In this document: one piece after another, positions 37,953 to 48,376 of the stretch | How positions within the stretch are numbered: position 1 is the stretch's first letter | Layout of the letters: every line of letters begins with the position of its first letter | Source of the DNA: a virus | Taxonomy: Duplodnaviria > Caudoviricetes | Virus record (IMG/VR): IMGVR_UViG_3300037249_001405 | Location: 96,001-160,000 of that record | DNA: 64,000 bases | Direction: 5' to 3' (one strand) | The notes under the pieces: model-generated | What the model saw: the letters and a program-made list of their open reading frames with translations, nothing else | Database searches by the model: none | Told to the model about the DNA's origin: nothing | Program-made: the position numbers and the translations under genes

Positions 37953-38798
37953 TTATATTTTTATCATTTTAGGATTATTATTCTCAATTATAAACGCATA
38001 TTTTGTATTTATTATGCTAAGCACCCTAGCTACCATTCCGAATGCATCTATAAAGAATCCTGAATCAATATTCAAAAGAGTCCAATGTTCAAAAAGATCA
38101 TTAATCTGTTTTAACTCTCTTTCTTTTAACTCATAGGATACAGGCTCTCTCTTAATTCTCTCCAAATCAATACTAGTTTCTAGAGTTCTCATGGATGAAG
38201 TTATAGATCTAAAGTAATCATGAATTGGTGAAACAACATTATCTACCTTCTCAATCCAATCATCTTTAGAACTTATCTGTATTGAATTAGAAAAATTCGA
38301 TAAATCCTGTATTTCTATAATCGGAAAGTATTCAGAATCTAACTTAATTCTTAATACCAATGAACCGATAGAACCAACTATACCGAGTGAACCCTTACCT
38401 GATATAGAATCAAACTCATCACATTCTATGAATTCATCGAATAATGGTTCATTTACGTATGGGGTGTAATATTTATCACCTTCCTGGAAAAGATTCTTGC
38501 TATTTATTTTATTGATATTTAGCATTTCTAGGTGATAACTACATATCCCAAAATATTGATCCTCTTTTTCTCTTTCAGAAAATGAATCATAACTTGGATA
38601 GAGTGAGCTGAACGATTGTCCCTCACTTCCAAATTCCTCTGAAAGAGTTTTAATTACTTGATCCCTTACAAATTTATTTCTATTCTCCTCTTTTAATTTG
38701 AGCAGAATAGGCAATAAGCTATTCATAAATTGTCCGAAATTCGTACTATCGTACTTTCTATCGTAATTAGGCGTAATAATTATAGGTACTACTTCCAT
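37953..38798 (-). CDS. Hypothetical protein (possible paralog of 38789)
   Basis: 281-aa ORF; I.I.D.S...SI....KDDW. Confidence 0.8.
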   Translation of the reverse strand: MEVVPIIITPNYDRKYDSTNFGQFMNSLLPILLKLKEENRNKFVRDQVIKTLSEEFGSEGQSFSSLYPSYDSFSEREKEDQYFGICSYHLEMLNINKINSKNLFQEGDKYYTPYVNEPLFDEFIECDEFDSISGKGSLGIVGSIGSLVLRIKLDSEYFPIIEIQDLSNFSNSIQISSKDDWIEKVDNVVSPIHDYFRSITSSMRTLETSIDLERIKREPVSYELKERELKQINDLFEHWTLLNIDSGFFIDAFGMVARVLSIINTKYAFIIENNNPKMIKI

Positions 38799-39682
38799 TC
38801 GAATATTATATTATCGTTATTATCAATACCAAACGTTAGAGTTGGTAAAGAGTTAGTTACACTCTTTATTGTATTTATCGCTAAGTAAATCAAATCATTT
38901 AATCTATTTAATAGATAAATATACTCCTCTGAATAAAAAATTCTAGTTTGATAATTTTTCATTAAATCATTTATACTATTTTCAATAACTTGAAGATACT
39001 TCTGATAATCTTTTGTAGCGTCTACAGCACCACCCCAATCCAAACTATAACCGAAAGTAAATCCAAGTTGTTCTAACTCACTTTTCCAGTTATCTTTTGT
39101 AAGACAGATGGATTTGTTCTTCCCTGAATTATCCACTAATAGAATGTCAAAACTTGGGTATTTAATGCCATTAACTTTACACATGTCAATAGATAAATTA
39201 ACATTTCCTATCTTCCACATACCATTAATTATATTTTTATTCCAGAAAGTGTGAGGATCACGAAAATAATTCTTAAGATTATCTTCATTCTTTCTATAAC
39301 TAATTAACGATACTTTTGCTTCTTTAAAGAATGTGTCAGAAACCGTATCTAATTTCCTTGCTGTAAATGGGTCTCTTTTTGTATACGTTGGTATGTGATA
39401 ATTAAATTTATTAAATTCAGTTTTAAAGTACGTATAAATTTCAGGATTATAAATAACCTGTTCATTCGCATAAAAACCAAATTTAATAAAAAATCTATCT
39501 ATAAAAGCTAATGCTTTATAGAAATCGTTTTTGAAATATTTAGTTTTCTTAAATAGTTCATTAAATACTCTCCAAATTTCTCCAATTCTTGCATTTTGTA
39601 ATGCTTTATCAGGATTCTTTGTAGGGTATTTTAGAGATGACTCATTCTCGTAAACTTTTAAGTTTATTTGATCTCTAATCAT
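38789..39682 (-). CDS. Hypothetical protein (possible paralog of 37953)
   Basis: 297-aa ORF; I.L.D.S...SI....KDNW. Confidence 0.8.
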   Translation of the reverse strand: MIRDQINLKVYENESSLKYPTKNPDKALQNARIGEIWRVFNELFKKTKYFKNDFYKALAFIDRFFIKFGFYANEQVIYNPEIYTYFKTEFNKFNYHIPTYTKRDPFTARKLDTVSDTFFKEAKVSLISYRKNEDNLKNYFRDPHTFWNKNIINGMWKIGNVNLSIDMCKVNGIKYPSFDILLVDNSGKNKSICLTKDNWKSELEQLGFTFGYSLDWGGAVDATKDYQKYLQVIENSINDLMKNYQTRIFYSEEYIYLLNRLNDLIYLAINTIKSVTNSLPTLTFGIDNNDNIIFEWK

Positions 39683-39809
39683 ATTTAGTTAATTTTATTT
39701 AATTAATATTCAGTAATAAAGAAATCACCGGTCCTTGAAATTACAAAAATGGAGTTGAATAATGACAAAAGTCTTAAAGATAGAATCGTAAAATATAAAT
39801 ATAAATATT

Positions 39810-40385
39810 ATGCAAAATTTAAATGATAGAATAATGGTTCTTTATCCTGGGGATCAATTACCTCAGATGACAACAGATGCAATTAAAATATATTTAGCTG
39901 GTACGATGGATTTTGGATCACAAGAAAACGATTGGCAGACAAAATTTGCCAATGGTGTAGTTCAGCTAACTGACCCAATTAAGGGTATATTAATGTACAA
40001 AACTACAAGATTTGTAATTTTTAATCCCCACGTACCACCACAGAACCAAGAAGCACCAGATTTGAATAATCCAGAATTTGTTCAAACAATGCAATGGAGA
40101 ATGCAAATGCAGGATATGGCTGATATTGTTTTTGTCAATATCATGAATAAATCAAAATCTCCTGTTCCTATTCTTGAATTTGGATCTAATTTGAGATCCG
40201 GTAAAATGATTGTTAGATGTGGAGAACAGCATATAATGTATTCTCAAATTCGTCTGTATTGTGAGAAATATAATGTTCCCCTCTTAAACGGAACAGCAAA
40301 TGTTAAGGATATTTTGTTGATGATGGGTAGTTTCGTATCTAAATTCCAACAAGATAATCCACAAAATCCAGGATTACCAAGTTAA
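39810..40385 (+). CDS. Nucleoside 2-deoxyribosyltransferase-like protein
   Basis: KIYLAG...WQ...IFNP...W......AD......SP...LEFG....GK..V. Confidence 0.7.
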   Translation: MQNLNDRIMVLYPGDQLPQMTTDAIKIYLAGTMDFGSQENDWQTKFANGVVQLTDPIKGILMYKTTRFVIFNPHVPPQNQEAPDLNNPEFVQTMQWRMQMQDMADIVFVNIMNKSKSPVPILEFGSNLRSGKMIVRCGEQHIMYSQIRLYCEKYNVPLLNGTANVKDILLMMGSFVSKFQQDNPQNPGLPS

Positions 40386-40409
40386 TAATAATTAAAAACA
40401 TAAAATAAA

Positions 40410-40994
40410 ATGGAATTAATAAAATACATATTTAGGTTGCTTTGGAGAAAAATAAAGTCTATATTTGAAATTGAACCGGAAAGTAAATCACCTGAGATAG
40501 TCAATGGAGCTATAGATCCTGTTTCCCCAGAAGCGATAAATTCATCACTATCCTTTGTAGATCCAGAAAATCCTGTTTTCGTGAATTTAAAAAAGATAGT
40601 TACAGAGTCCGGTATTAACAATTTAACGGATTTGGTTAATTTCTTCACAATTTGTTACGAAAATAGACTAAAACCTAACTGGTGTGAAGAAACGATTTTA
40701 GAATTAAAAGATAATAATAGAAAATTAAACACAGCTGGAAAAATGAATTTTATATTGTTTAATCAAGCATTAGAAGCATTTTTCTTAAATATGGGCTGTA
40801 AAATCGACCAAACAGAGAAGGGTAAAAGTGATTTAGAGAAGGCTGTTATTTGGACTATATCAGAAATGACAGCTAAGTGGATTAATTTTATCTCACGTGA
40901 AACACTAGCTGATGCTGTTAGTTTAATTTTCAAAGAAAGAGATAAAAGAGAATGGGAAGTTTTCGACTTAAAAGAAAAACATTTGGGTTTTTAA
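40410..40994 (+). CDS. Hypothetical protein, paralog of 41464
   Basis: SGINNLTDLVNFF..Y.NR ... DLEKA...KW..F......DA.SLIF. Confidence 0.8.
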   Translation: MELIKYIFRLLWRKIKSIFEIEPESKSPEIVNGAIDPVSPEAINSSLSFVDPENPVFVNLKKIVTESGINNLTDLVNFFTICYENRLKPNWCEETILELKDNNRKLNTAGKMNFILFNQALEAFFLNMGCKIDQTEKGKSDLEKAVIWTISEMTAKWINFISRETLADAVSLIFKERDKREWEVFDLKEKHLGF

Positions 40995-41323
40995 ATGAGG
41001 CTGCGAATGCCAAAAGCGATAATTGGGAGATAACCAAAGATATCTTTAAGAACGAAGGCGTAGGGGCTGGTATAAAATCTATGTTCTGGAAAAATAAGGA
41101 TGATCTACAAAGATCTGCGAACCGATTAGCAGCTAATGGTAAAAGTGATGTAGCAGAAAGACTAGTATCCAGACAAAATAGACTTGGTATAGGAGGAAAG
41201 ATAAGCTTAAATCAGCCTCAACCAACTCGTACCGGAGTACCCTCTACAAACGCATCTATAGCTATGGGTGCACCTGCAGGTCCTAGCATTGGTGGAACTG
41301 GAGCAGGTGTCGGTGGCTACTAA
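40952..41323 (+). CDS. Basic Gly-rich protein with N-terminal FRLKRKTFG motif, possible virion protein
   Basis: 123-aa ORF followed by terminator. Confidence 0.65.
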   Translation: MGSFRLKRKTFGFLNEAANAKSDNWEITKDIFKNEGVGAGIKSMFWKNKDDLQRSANRLAANGKSDVAERLVSRQNRLGIGGKISLNQPQPTRTGVPSTNASIAMGAPAGPSIGGTGAGVGGY

Positions 41324-41377
41324 ATAATATTGAATCCTTACCGGTTTTTTATGTGTTTTTTACCGGACGGATTCCTT

Positions 41378-41414
41378 TGATGGACAGGATGCGCACCTGT
41401 CCATCTATTTTTTT
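41378..41414 (+). terminator. Intrinsic terminator
   Basis: GATGGACAGG/CCTGTCCATC + T-run. Confidence 0.8.
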
Positions 41415-41463
41415 ACTCCTTCAAACCCTAATTAACGATATTAACTAAAAAACTATTTATATC

Positions 41464-41859
41464 ATGAAATTATACAACATATTCAAGTCATGCGGGGTTA
41501 CTAACCTTACAGACTTGATCGATTTATTTAATCTGATATACCTGAATAGAAAAGGTACGTCAGAAAGCATCATTATAGATCGATATAATGATGACAGAAA
41601 GGTTGAAGATATGATATCTCAACCTGAGGAGGAACACTCAATTAAGCCAAGACTCCTCTACAAAATACTGAGAACTTTCTTCCAAGGAAAAGGATTGAAA
41701 GTTCACAGTACAGATTACGGCACAAAGACTCCGGAAATGGATGACCAAGATTTGGATTCTGCCATAAACTACCTATTTACCACTCTTAGTGATAAATGGG
41801 AAGAGTTTTCTAACACAGAAAATCACAGAGATGCTTGTTCATTGATTTTCCCAATGTAA
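41464..41859 (+). CDS. Hypothetical protein, paralog of 40410
   Basis: CGVTNLTDLIDLF..Y.NR ... DLDSA...KW..F......DA.SLIF. Confidence 0.8.
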   Translation: MKLYNIFKSCGVTNLTDLIDLFNLIYLNRKGTSESIIIDRYNDDRKVEDMISQPEEEHSIKPRLLYKILRTFFQGKGLKVHSTDYGTKTPEMDDQDLDSAINYLFTTLSDKWEEFSNTENHRDACSLIFPM

Positions 41860-41863
41860 CAAG

Positions 41864-41944
41864 CTAAAAACCTTAATATTGAAGAAAATATAGATGCTAA
41901 AAAATCTATATTTTCTTCATTTATTTTTCTAGATATTAATTAAC
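41864..41944 (+). promoter_or_regulatory. Leader cassette, copy 7
   Basis: CTTA-ATATT-G; GAAGAAAATATAGA/TCTATATTTTCTTC; TTTATTTTTCTAGATATTAAT. Confidence 0.8.
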
Positions 41945-41964
41945 TTTAACTAAAATTGATTATT

Positions 41965-43155
41965 ATGGCAACAAAATTCCAAGCCAAGAACATCACGTTC
42001 AAGGCTAAAAGTATCAACAGCCACGTCAACAAAGACTACGTGGCTGAGATGGCATTAGCGGCAGCTAATGACTACGTTTCTGATCCCAACAACATTGTTG
42101 ATGTCAGAAAGCATAATTTCTTCGTCATTCAAAACGAAGAAATTCCCGTTCAACGTTACATGCTGAACGAACTCAAAGATCCTGAAGCTATTGAGCTCAG
42201 AATCCGTCAGGGACATAATGGCAAGGTTTCTCTTCTTACAAGGAAGAGCAACGTTAAAACCGTTATGACTACAAAGAGGGTTAGAATAACCTGGATGTTT
42301 GACAAAAACAGCCAGTTTAAGTCTATCCTTGTCATTAACGCTCAGCCTGAGCGTGAAGACAACCCTCAACTTTATTATTCGGAATTCTGTCCGAATAAAG
42401 AAGTAGAGGATGAGAATGGCTATAAAACAATGCCATATTTGACCTGGGAAAAGGATCAGATAATGGCATGGTTTATGGATACCACCAAGAACCGCGGATG
42501 TGTACTTGCGGTATCGGACGAGGAGTTCGATAAGTCAGCACCGTGGATTCGCGGAGATGAATTTTTCTATCCTGAAGCGAAAAAGGAGGAGAAGAACGAG
42601 TGGAAGGAGCATAGTATAGCCCAGTTCATGGCTTATAGGGATATTACTGATGATATTAGTAATCTCATTCAATATCTTTATGAATACGAAATAGACAAAA
42701 ACGAACAAGCGCCATTCTTACTTAACAGAAGTAAGCGCGAAATTGAATCAGTTTTGTCTATCAAAGCGGATCCTGATAACCTTGATGACATTCTTAAGAT
42801 GTACCCGTACATTGGGGAAGGTTGTTCGCAAAGATCAATTGAAGTTATTAAATTAAACAAGGAAGCTTTCCTTGATTTGGTTAATAATGTCGATCACATT
42901 GTCACGAAGGCCGTAGAGGCGGCTTATAACAATCCTCACTGCTGGGGAGAGCCGTTCGATGACGAGGACGAAGAGGAAGCATTCCAAGAATGCGGCCCTG
43001 AACTCGACTTTGAGACTGAATTTGATAATTGGAAATCCTCTGACGAGGGTGAAAAGTACTCCCCAAAGTACAAAACTCTCGTCAAATTGATCATAGAGGG
43101 ATTTTCTGAGAACGAACTCTTCTCTGAGAGTTGGATGGACTGGATCGAAGAGTAA
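41965..43155 (+). CDS. Hypothetical protein, acidic C-terminus (start MATKFQ)
   Basis: Long ORF behind leader cassette. Confidence 0.85.
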   Translation: MATKFQAKNITFKAKSINSHVNKDYVAEMALAAANDYVSDPNNIVDVRKHNFFVIQNEEIPVQRYMLNELKDPEAIELRIRQGHNGKVSLLTRKSNVKTVMTTKRVRITWMFDKNSQFKSILVINAQPEREDNPQLYYSEFCPNKEVEDENGYKTMPYLTWEKDQIMAWFMDTTKNRGCVLAVSDEEFDKSAPWIRGDEFFYPEAKKEEKNEWKEHSIAQFMAYRDITDDISNLIQYLYEYEIDKNEQAPFLLNRSKREIESVLSIKADPDNLDDILKMYPYIGEGCSQRSIEVIKLNKEAFLDLVNNVDHIVTKAVEAAYNNPHCWGEPFDDEDEEEAFQECGPELDFETEFDNWKSSDEGEKYSPKYKTLVKLIIEGFSENELFSESWMDWIEE

Positions 43156-43159
43156 ATTT

Positions 43160-43522
43160 ATGGAAGAACTTCTTAAATTTTACGAAGCGATGATGAAACA
43201 TCGCTTCGGAACTGGCTTTTCAGCCTGGGTTATTACAATCGCTTGTAATAACTGTGGTTATAATGTCATTGAGACAAATGATCTCAAAGAGGACATTAAC
43301 CAAGCAACAGCGTTTATCAAAACTCCCTCCGGACATATCGGAGTGCGAGTTCATAACGCACAGTCATTTACAGCAAGGTTCATTCCGAGTAAATGCTGCT
43401 ACCCTGGCAAACATGATGAATATGAAGTATCATATTCACTCAAACCGGGACAGATAGTAGAAGCCGCTGACAGAAATAGCGGAATCGTAATAAATACTAA
43501 TACTACACCCTTTCTCAACTAA
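43160..43522 (+). CDS. Hypothetical protein
   Basis: 120-aa ORF. Confidence 0.7.
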   Translation: MEELLKFYEAMMKHRFGTGFSAWVITIACNNCGYNVIETNDLKEDINQATAFIKTPSGHIGVRVHNAQSFTARFIPSKCCYPGKHDEYEVSYSLKPGQIVEAADRNSGIVINTNTTPFLN

Positions 43523-43542
43523 TAGAAGGGAGTAGTATTACC

Positions 43543-43581
43543 AAAATATAGAAAGCTTTTTGAGCTTTCTATATTTTTTTT
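43543..43581 (+). terminator. Intrinsic terminator
   Basis: AAAATATAGAAAGCT/AGCTTTCTATATTTT + T-run. Confidence 0.8.
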
Positions 43582-43704
43582 GCTCCCTCTAAATTAATGA
43601 AAGAGAATAAGGTAAGGTTGAATTTCTTATAACTGAACTTGACAGATCAGCTTTATAGCTGATTAATAATATAGAATTTTCATTAATAACTACATAATTT
43701 AAAT

Positions 43705-45057
43705 ATGGCTAAAAAGAAAAAAGTTGATTTAACACCAACACAAGTTGTTGATAACCCTCCTATTGATGTTGCAGTAGGAGAGTTAATGGCTAGGAACTTT
43801 AATGAGTTTAGTAGATATGCTATTAATCACAGGGCGGTTCCTGTTTTGTATGATGGCTGTAAAGATTCTTATAGAAGATTGTTATGGGCAGCTATATTAA
43901 TGTATAAAGCTGGAACACTTTCACCAGCAGAAACTCTTGTAAAATCTGTAGCAAGATGGCATCCTCACTCAGTAGATGGTTTGGATGGTACTATGGCATT
44001 ATTTGTTCATTCAGGAGTTTTTGTTGGAGAAGGAGCTTTTGGTGGTGTAAATATAGCAGACGGTGAAATGGATCCTTGTGCTGCTCTTAGGTACCTCCAT
44101 ATTGGGTTATCCCCAACCTATCATAAGTTGTTGGCAGATTTAATGAAGGAAGTACCAATGGTTGAGTCACCTGTTGGTGAACCAGAACCTCTATTTATAC
44201 CTTTCCCTCTACCTTTATCCTGTTGTTTGAAGTCTGATGTTATGGGTCTATCTTCTGTAAGAACGGTTATTCCATCGTTTGAACCTTGGTCTTTGTATCA
44301 GGCTTATGTTAATGATGATCCTAACTTACTGAAGGTTAACTCGAATATTAATATTGATTATGCTAACAGTAATCTAAATGATATTTGGGAAAAAGGTAAA
44401 GGAAAGATTACGTATTATTATAACGTAACTCCAGTGAATAATGGAGTATTATTCGAGGGAGATACTTGGAAGTTCGTTCCGAACTGGAACAATGAAAAAT
44501 ATCAGAGATTATTAGAGGATGGTAAAATCTATCAACAGGATTTAACTGATATTAATGGACCTAAAGCTTTTATTGGAGTTGTTCCTGGAGCTAGAGGTAT
44601 AACTCAAAACGATGTAATAGATTTGGCTAAGGAAATGTACTTTACTACAATCAATTACCAAATTATGATTACATCCGATGAGTCAGCTAAGCCCATTCCA
44701 CTGAAGAAATGGGTTGATATAGTTTTCAGGAACTATGTTGATTTGTTAATAAAAGCAAACAACAGAAAGATTGAAGAGTGTAAGTTTGACATTAGTGTTC
44801 AAGAGGCTATTCCAGATTTCAGTAATTATGTTCTTAATGTTAACCCAAAAGCAACCGATCAAGAAATTGCTAAAGCAATGGGTTATACTCCTGAAATGAT
44901 AAAAGCTCTAAATGGCAAAACATTAGCTACATTAAGGAAGAACTCAGAGAACAAGGAAATGATGAAATCAATCATGGATAGTTTGCAAAAGAGATTAAAT
45001 AATTTAATGTCATTTGATCCAATAAAAACAGCGGAAGAAATTATAAAACAGATGTAA
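43705..45057 (+). CDS. Type II topoisomerase subunit A (GyrA/ParC/T4 gp52-like), no CTD
   Basis: RAVP...DGCK...RRLL, WHPHS, G.G.FG, catalytic AALRY, EP.F.P. Confidence 0.85.
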   Translation: MAKKKKVDLTPTQVVDNPPIDVAVGELMARNFNEFSRYAINHRAVPVLYDGCKDSYRRLLWAAILMYKAGTLSPAETLVKSVARWHPHSVDGLDGTMALFVHSGVFVGEGAFGGVNIADGEMDPCAALRYLHIGLSPTYHKLLADLMKEVPMVESPVGEPEPLFIPFPLPLSCCLKSDVMGLSSVRTVIPSFEPWSLYQAYVNDDPNLLKVNSNINIDYANSNLNDIWEKGKGKITYYYNVTPVNNGVLFEGDTWKFVPNWNNEKYQRLLEDGKIYQQDLTDINGPKAFIGVVPGARGITQNDVIDLAKEMYFTTINYQIMITSDESAKPIPLKKWVDIVFRNYVDLLIKANNRKIEECKFDISVQEAIPDFSNYVLNVNPKATDQEIAKAMGYTPEMIKALNGKTLATLRKNSENKEMMKSIMDSLQKRLNNLMSFDPIKTAEEIIKQM

Positions 45058-45059
45058 TT

Positions 45060-45596
45060 ATGATTTATTTAAGTGGATTAGACTCAATCATAGAATCAAT
45101 ATATCTCAGTGATTTGATAAGTACTCAAATTGGTAAGGCACAGATTTTTGTTAATCCCAACCAGAGATTAAAGTACTTAACCAACAAAACTATTATAATA
45201 ACAAATAATGATTATTCGGTTGATTACATTAATCAATTAGTGGATGGTGGTAATAAAGTTATATCTAGAGTTTATTTTAATACGGATAAGGTTGAAATTC
45301 AGCCATATATTATCCGTATTAATGATAAAATTAGGTTTAATGGTAGAGAAATTACTGAAGATAGTATAGAAAAGATAGATGATATCCTTCTAAAAGGATA
45401 CGGAGAGTATGACGAGAAAGAAAAGAGATTATACTTTCCAAAAATAAAAATAATGGATAAAGAGACTGATCCATATATGGATCAGTATAATAATCTAACG
45501 GGTCTAGGTTGGGCACTTCATCAAGTTGGCGTTAATATGAAAGATGGACCGCTTGTTAATTTAGACCTTCTGAAATTAAAAAAGGTTATCATTTAA
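45060..45596 (+). CDS. Hypothetical protein
   Basis: 178-aa ORF coupled to the topoisomerase gene. Confidence 0.8.
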   Translation: MIYLSGLDSIIESIYLSDLISTQIGKAQIFVNPNQRLKYLTNKTIIITNNDYSVDYINQLVDGGNKVISRVYFNTDKVEIQPYIIRINDKIRFNGREITEDSIEKIDDILLKGYGEYDEKEKRLYFPKIKIMDKETDPYMDQYNNLTGLGWALHQVGVNMKDGPLVNLDLLKLKKVII

Positions 45597-45691
45597 GGTA
45601 GTCAAATTCTCAATACAGAATATAAAGAGAGGAATTACCTCTCATACAGTTAATTTTTATTATTTAATTATTTTTAATACTTATCAACTAA

Positions 45692-46978
45692 ATGGAAAAT
45701 TTAACAGATGTAATGAGTAGGCTAAGCCAGCTCGAGGTACAAGCTCAGAAGAAAGGAGCAACAACTCAAAAGGATGCATCTCGCGGTAAAGTCGAGTATG
45801 TTCACTTTGGTGATTCAAATCAGCAAGGTAGTTATTTGATTGTTCCTTTGCCAAATCCTGTAACTGGAGCGCTTCCTTATGTGCTCTTGAAGGATGTAAA
45901 GCAGTTTAAGGTAAATAAACAATTCGGTGATAAAACTTATCAATATACGAGAAAGATATTGCCTGCTACTGCTTTCGATATTTACGATCCTAATACAGGA
46001 AGAGTTATCTCGCCGTTGACTAATGATGACTTAAATCTGATTCAGGAGGCTACTAAACTGTGGAGTGATCTCTACAGAAAGCTTGGTGGTTATAAGAAAC
46101 AAGCTGATAGAACTCCGGATGAGCAAAGAATTCTTATGGACAGCAATAGTCCTAAGAATAAAAACTACACAATCTTTAATGGTTATGTAATTAATCGTTA
46201 TGAAGGTAATAACTTGAGGAAAGTTATTAAGTCTAATTATGGTGCGCTTATTGTAGTACCGTCAGCTGCTATGATTGACTCAGTAAATGAGAATATTTCT
46301 CAGACTTCTACAATCACTTATGGTGGTAAGAATGATTGGGTTAATGATATCTATAACTTTGACCTTGAGCATCGAAAAGGTAGCATTATGCTAACTGTAA
46401 ATCGTCAGCTAGGTTATAAGATTACCGTAGCTCATAATGTATCAGCCACAGTAATTGATATTAATATGTCAGATGAAGAGAAAGCTCTCATGTCTAACAA
46501 TCCTGTAGAGAACTTTATTGGTTTGAGCAATATTCCTCAGGAGGAACTTAGTAAAGCTCCTGGTCAGAGAAAGTTGTTCAATCCTGATTACTACTTAGAT
46601 ATGATTAGTGAGCTTAGGACATTGAACGCTGAGTTCGATGGTGGTATGCAAAGCGCTGGACCTGCAGCTGAACCTCAGAGAGGTCCAATTCAAGGTAGCA
46701 TTGATCCATTCTTAGCTGCTAATCCGAAAGCAGAAGTACAGCAGCAACCAGTTCCTGGTGCTACAGCAGTACAGAACGCATTCTCTCAGGCACAGCAACA
46801 GGCAACTCACATAGATCCAATGGCTAATAACGGCGGAAATATGTTTGGTGGTTTCGGACAGCAACCTCAAGCACAACCACAACCAGCTTCAACACCTTTC
46901 CCTAATCCGTTCGCTAATGTACAGCAACAAGTGAACAACGTACAGCAAGGTGGAAATGGTAATAACCTTCCCTTCTAA
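45692..46978 (+). CDS. Putative single-stranded DNA-binding protein with Q/P-rich tail
   Basis: Replication-cluster position; long disordered tail ending in LPF, as in SSB tips. Confidence 0.55.
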   Translation: MENLTDVMSRLSQLEVQAQKKGATTQKDASRGKVEYVHFGDSNQQGSYLIVPLPNPVTGALPYVLLKDVKQFKVNKQFGDKTYQYTRKILPATAFDIYDPNTGRVISPLTNDDLNLIQEATKLWSDLYRKLGGYKKQADRTPDEQRILMDSNSPKNKNYTIFNGYVINRYEGNNLRKVIKSNYGALIVVPSAAMIDSVNENISQTSTITYGGKNDWVNDIYNFDLEHRKGSIMLTVNRQLGYKITVAHNVSATVIDINMSDEEKALMSNNPVENFIGLSNIPQEELSKAPGQRKLFNPDYYLDMISELRTLNAEFDGGMQSAGPAAEPQRGPIQGSIDPFLAANPKAEVQQQPVPGATAVQNAFSQAQQQATHIDPMANNGGNMFGGFGQQPQAQPQPASTPFPNPFANVQQQVNNVQQGGNGNNLPF

Positions 46979-47057
46979 ACGAAGTTGATTAGTTGAATTT
47001 ATTGATAGGTAAGACAATGCGCTCTTACCTATCTTTTATTTTTAATAAAATTAATAA

Positions 47058-48101
47058 ATGAATAGATATAAATATGCTCTGGTTGATATGTCTTACATTC
47101 TTGTAAGAAATCTAAAAGCAATATCAGCTGGTAAGCAAGTTGGAGAGTATAATGAGGGTGAAGTATTAAGAATAACAATACAAACCATAAAAAAGATAGT
47201 AAGAGAATATGGAATAACCGCGGATAAATATATATTCATTTATGATAAATGGGATAAAGAAATAAACGGTTATTATAGAACATACTGTCTAAAGGATTTT
47301 GTAGCATATAAAGGTTCAAGAGTTTATGTAAATGAAGCTTACGTAAGAAGACTAGAACAAGAATTAGCTAACATAGATCCGGCAAATACAGAAGAGATAG
47401 AAAAGAAAAAGAAAGAAATAGAAACAGCGAAAAAGGAAGCTTATGAAAATCAGGTAAAATATAACGCTAAAGTGGCTATGATTAATGATTTTCCAAAAAT
47501 AGGTCTCCCTTGTCTGGGTCTAGAAGGTTGGGAATTTGATGATTTAGCTTGGTTATCAACATGTTTGTTGTTTAGTGAGACTGATAATAGGACTAGTATA
47601 ATTATAACAAAAGATACGGATCTCCAGTACTCATTATCTCCAAAGATGGATTATTTCAAAATTCCAACAGGAAAAAGTACACCAAAAATTATTACATACG
47701 AAGAGATGATTAAAACCATCCCACAATCAATTTCAAGTAGAGGAGTAACTTTATATAATTATAAAGCATACTTAGATTCACTTGGTACAGGTCACAATGA
47801 TATGAAACCTACTGTTATTTCAAAGAATTCTATAGAAGATATCATACTTCACATACTTGATGGTGATTACAGCGATGTAAATAAAGAACAGTTCTTAGCA
47901 CAATTTAACTCATTTGATCTTCATAATTTTCCAAGATTAGATCAAGCATTCAATATAATAAATAACGACTACAAGTCTTACGGCCATTTGGGTGATATTA
48001 ATCAATTCCATGAATTCTGTAATAAATATAACATCAATTCAATCAGAGATCAATATTACCTCGAATTAATTCAAGGTTTTAATCCCTTACTTTTCTCATA
48101 G
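47058..48101 (+). CDS. 5'-3' exonuclease / RNase H (FEN/T4 Rnh family)
   Basis: LVD.SY, IYD, YR....YKGSR, EFDD, TKDTDL.., G.GHND. Confidence 0.85.
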   Translation: MNRYKYALVDMSYILVRNLKAISAGKQVGEYNEGEVLRITIQTIKKIVREYGITADKYIFIYDKWDKEINGYYRTYCLKDFVAYKGSRVYVNEAYVRRLEQELANIDPANTEEIEKKKKEIETAKKEAYENQVKYNAKVAMINDFPKIGLPCLGLEGWEFDDLAWLSTCLLFSETDNRTSIIITKDTDLQYSLSPKMDYFKIPTGKSTPKIITYEEMIKTIPQSISSRGVTLYNYKAYLDSLGTGHNDMKPTVISKNSIEDIILHILDGDYSDVNKEQFLAQFNSFDLHNFPRLDQAFNIINNDYKSYGHLGDINQFHEFCNKYNINSIRDQYYLELIQGFNPLLFS

Positions 48102-48133
48102 ATAGTAAGAAACATTAATTAAAATTAACAAAT

Positions 48134-48376
48134 ATGGCAGCAGACGTAATTCAAATCTCCAGTGACAAGGGTCTATTTGCATATGACCCTTCCACTGAGA
48201 GAATTTTTAGGGACAATCAATTAATGCCAACCGATGAGGCTACACCAGTTTATGCCTATTTTGGTAAAAAACATTTACCTCAATTTGCTGGTATTTATTT
48301 GAGAAGTCTTAATGTAGTATTAACCCTCTCTGGTAATGCACAAACAATAACCGGAGATGAAAATCTAATCCAATAA
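48134..48376 (+). CDS. Small hypothetical protein
   Basis: 80-aa ORF with TAATG overlap to the next gene. Confidence 0.7.
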   Translation: MAADVIQISSDKGLFAYDPSTERIFRDNQLMPTDEATPVYAYFGKKHLPQFAGIYLRSLNVVLTLSGNAQTITGDENLIQ

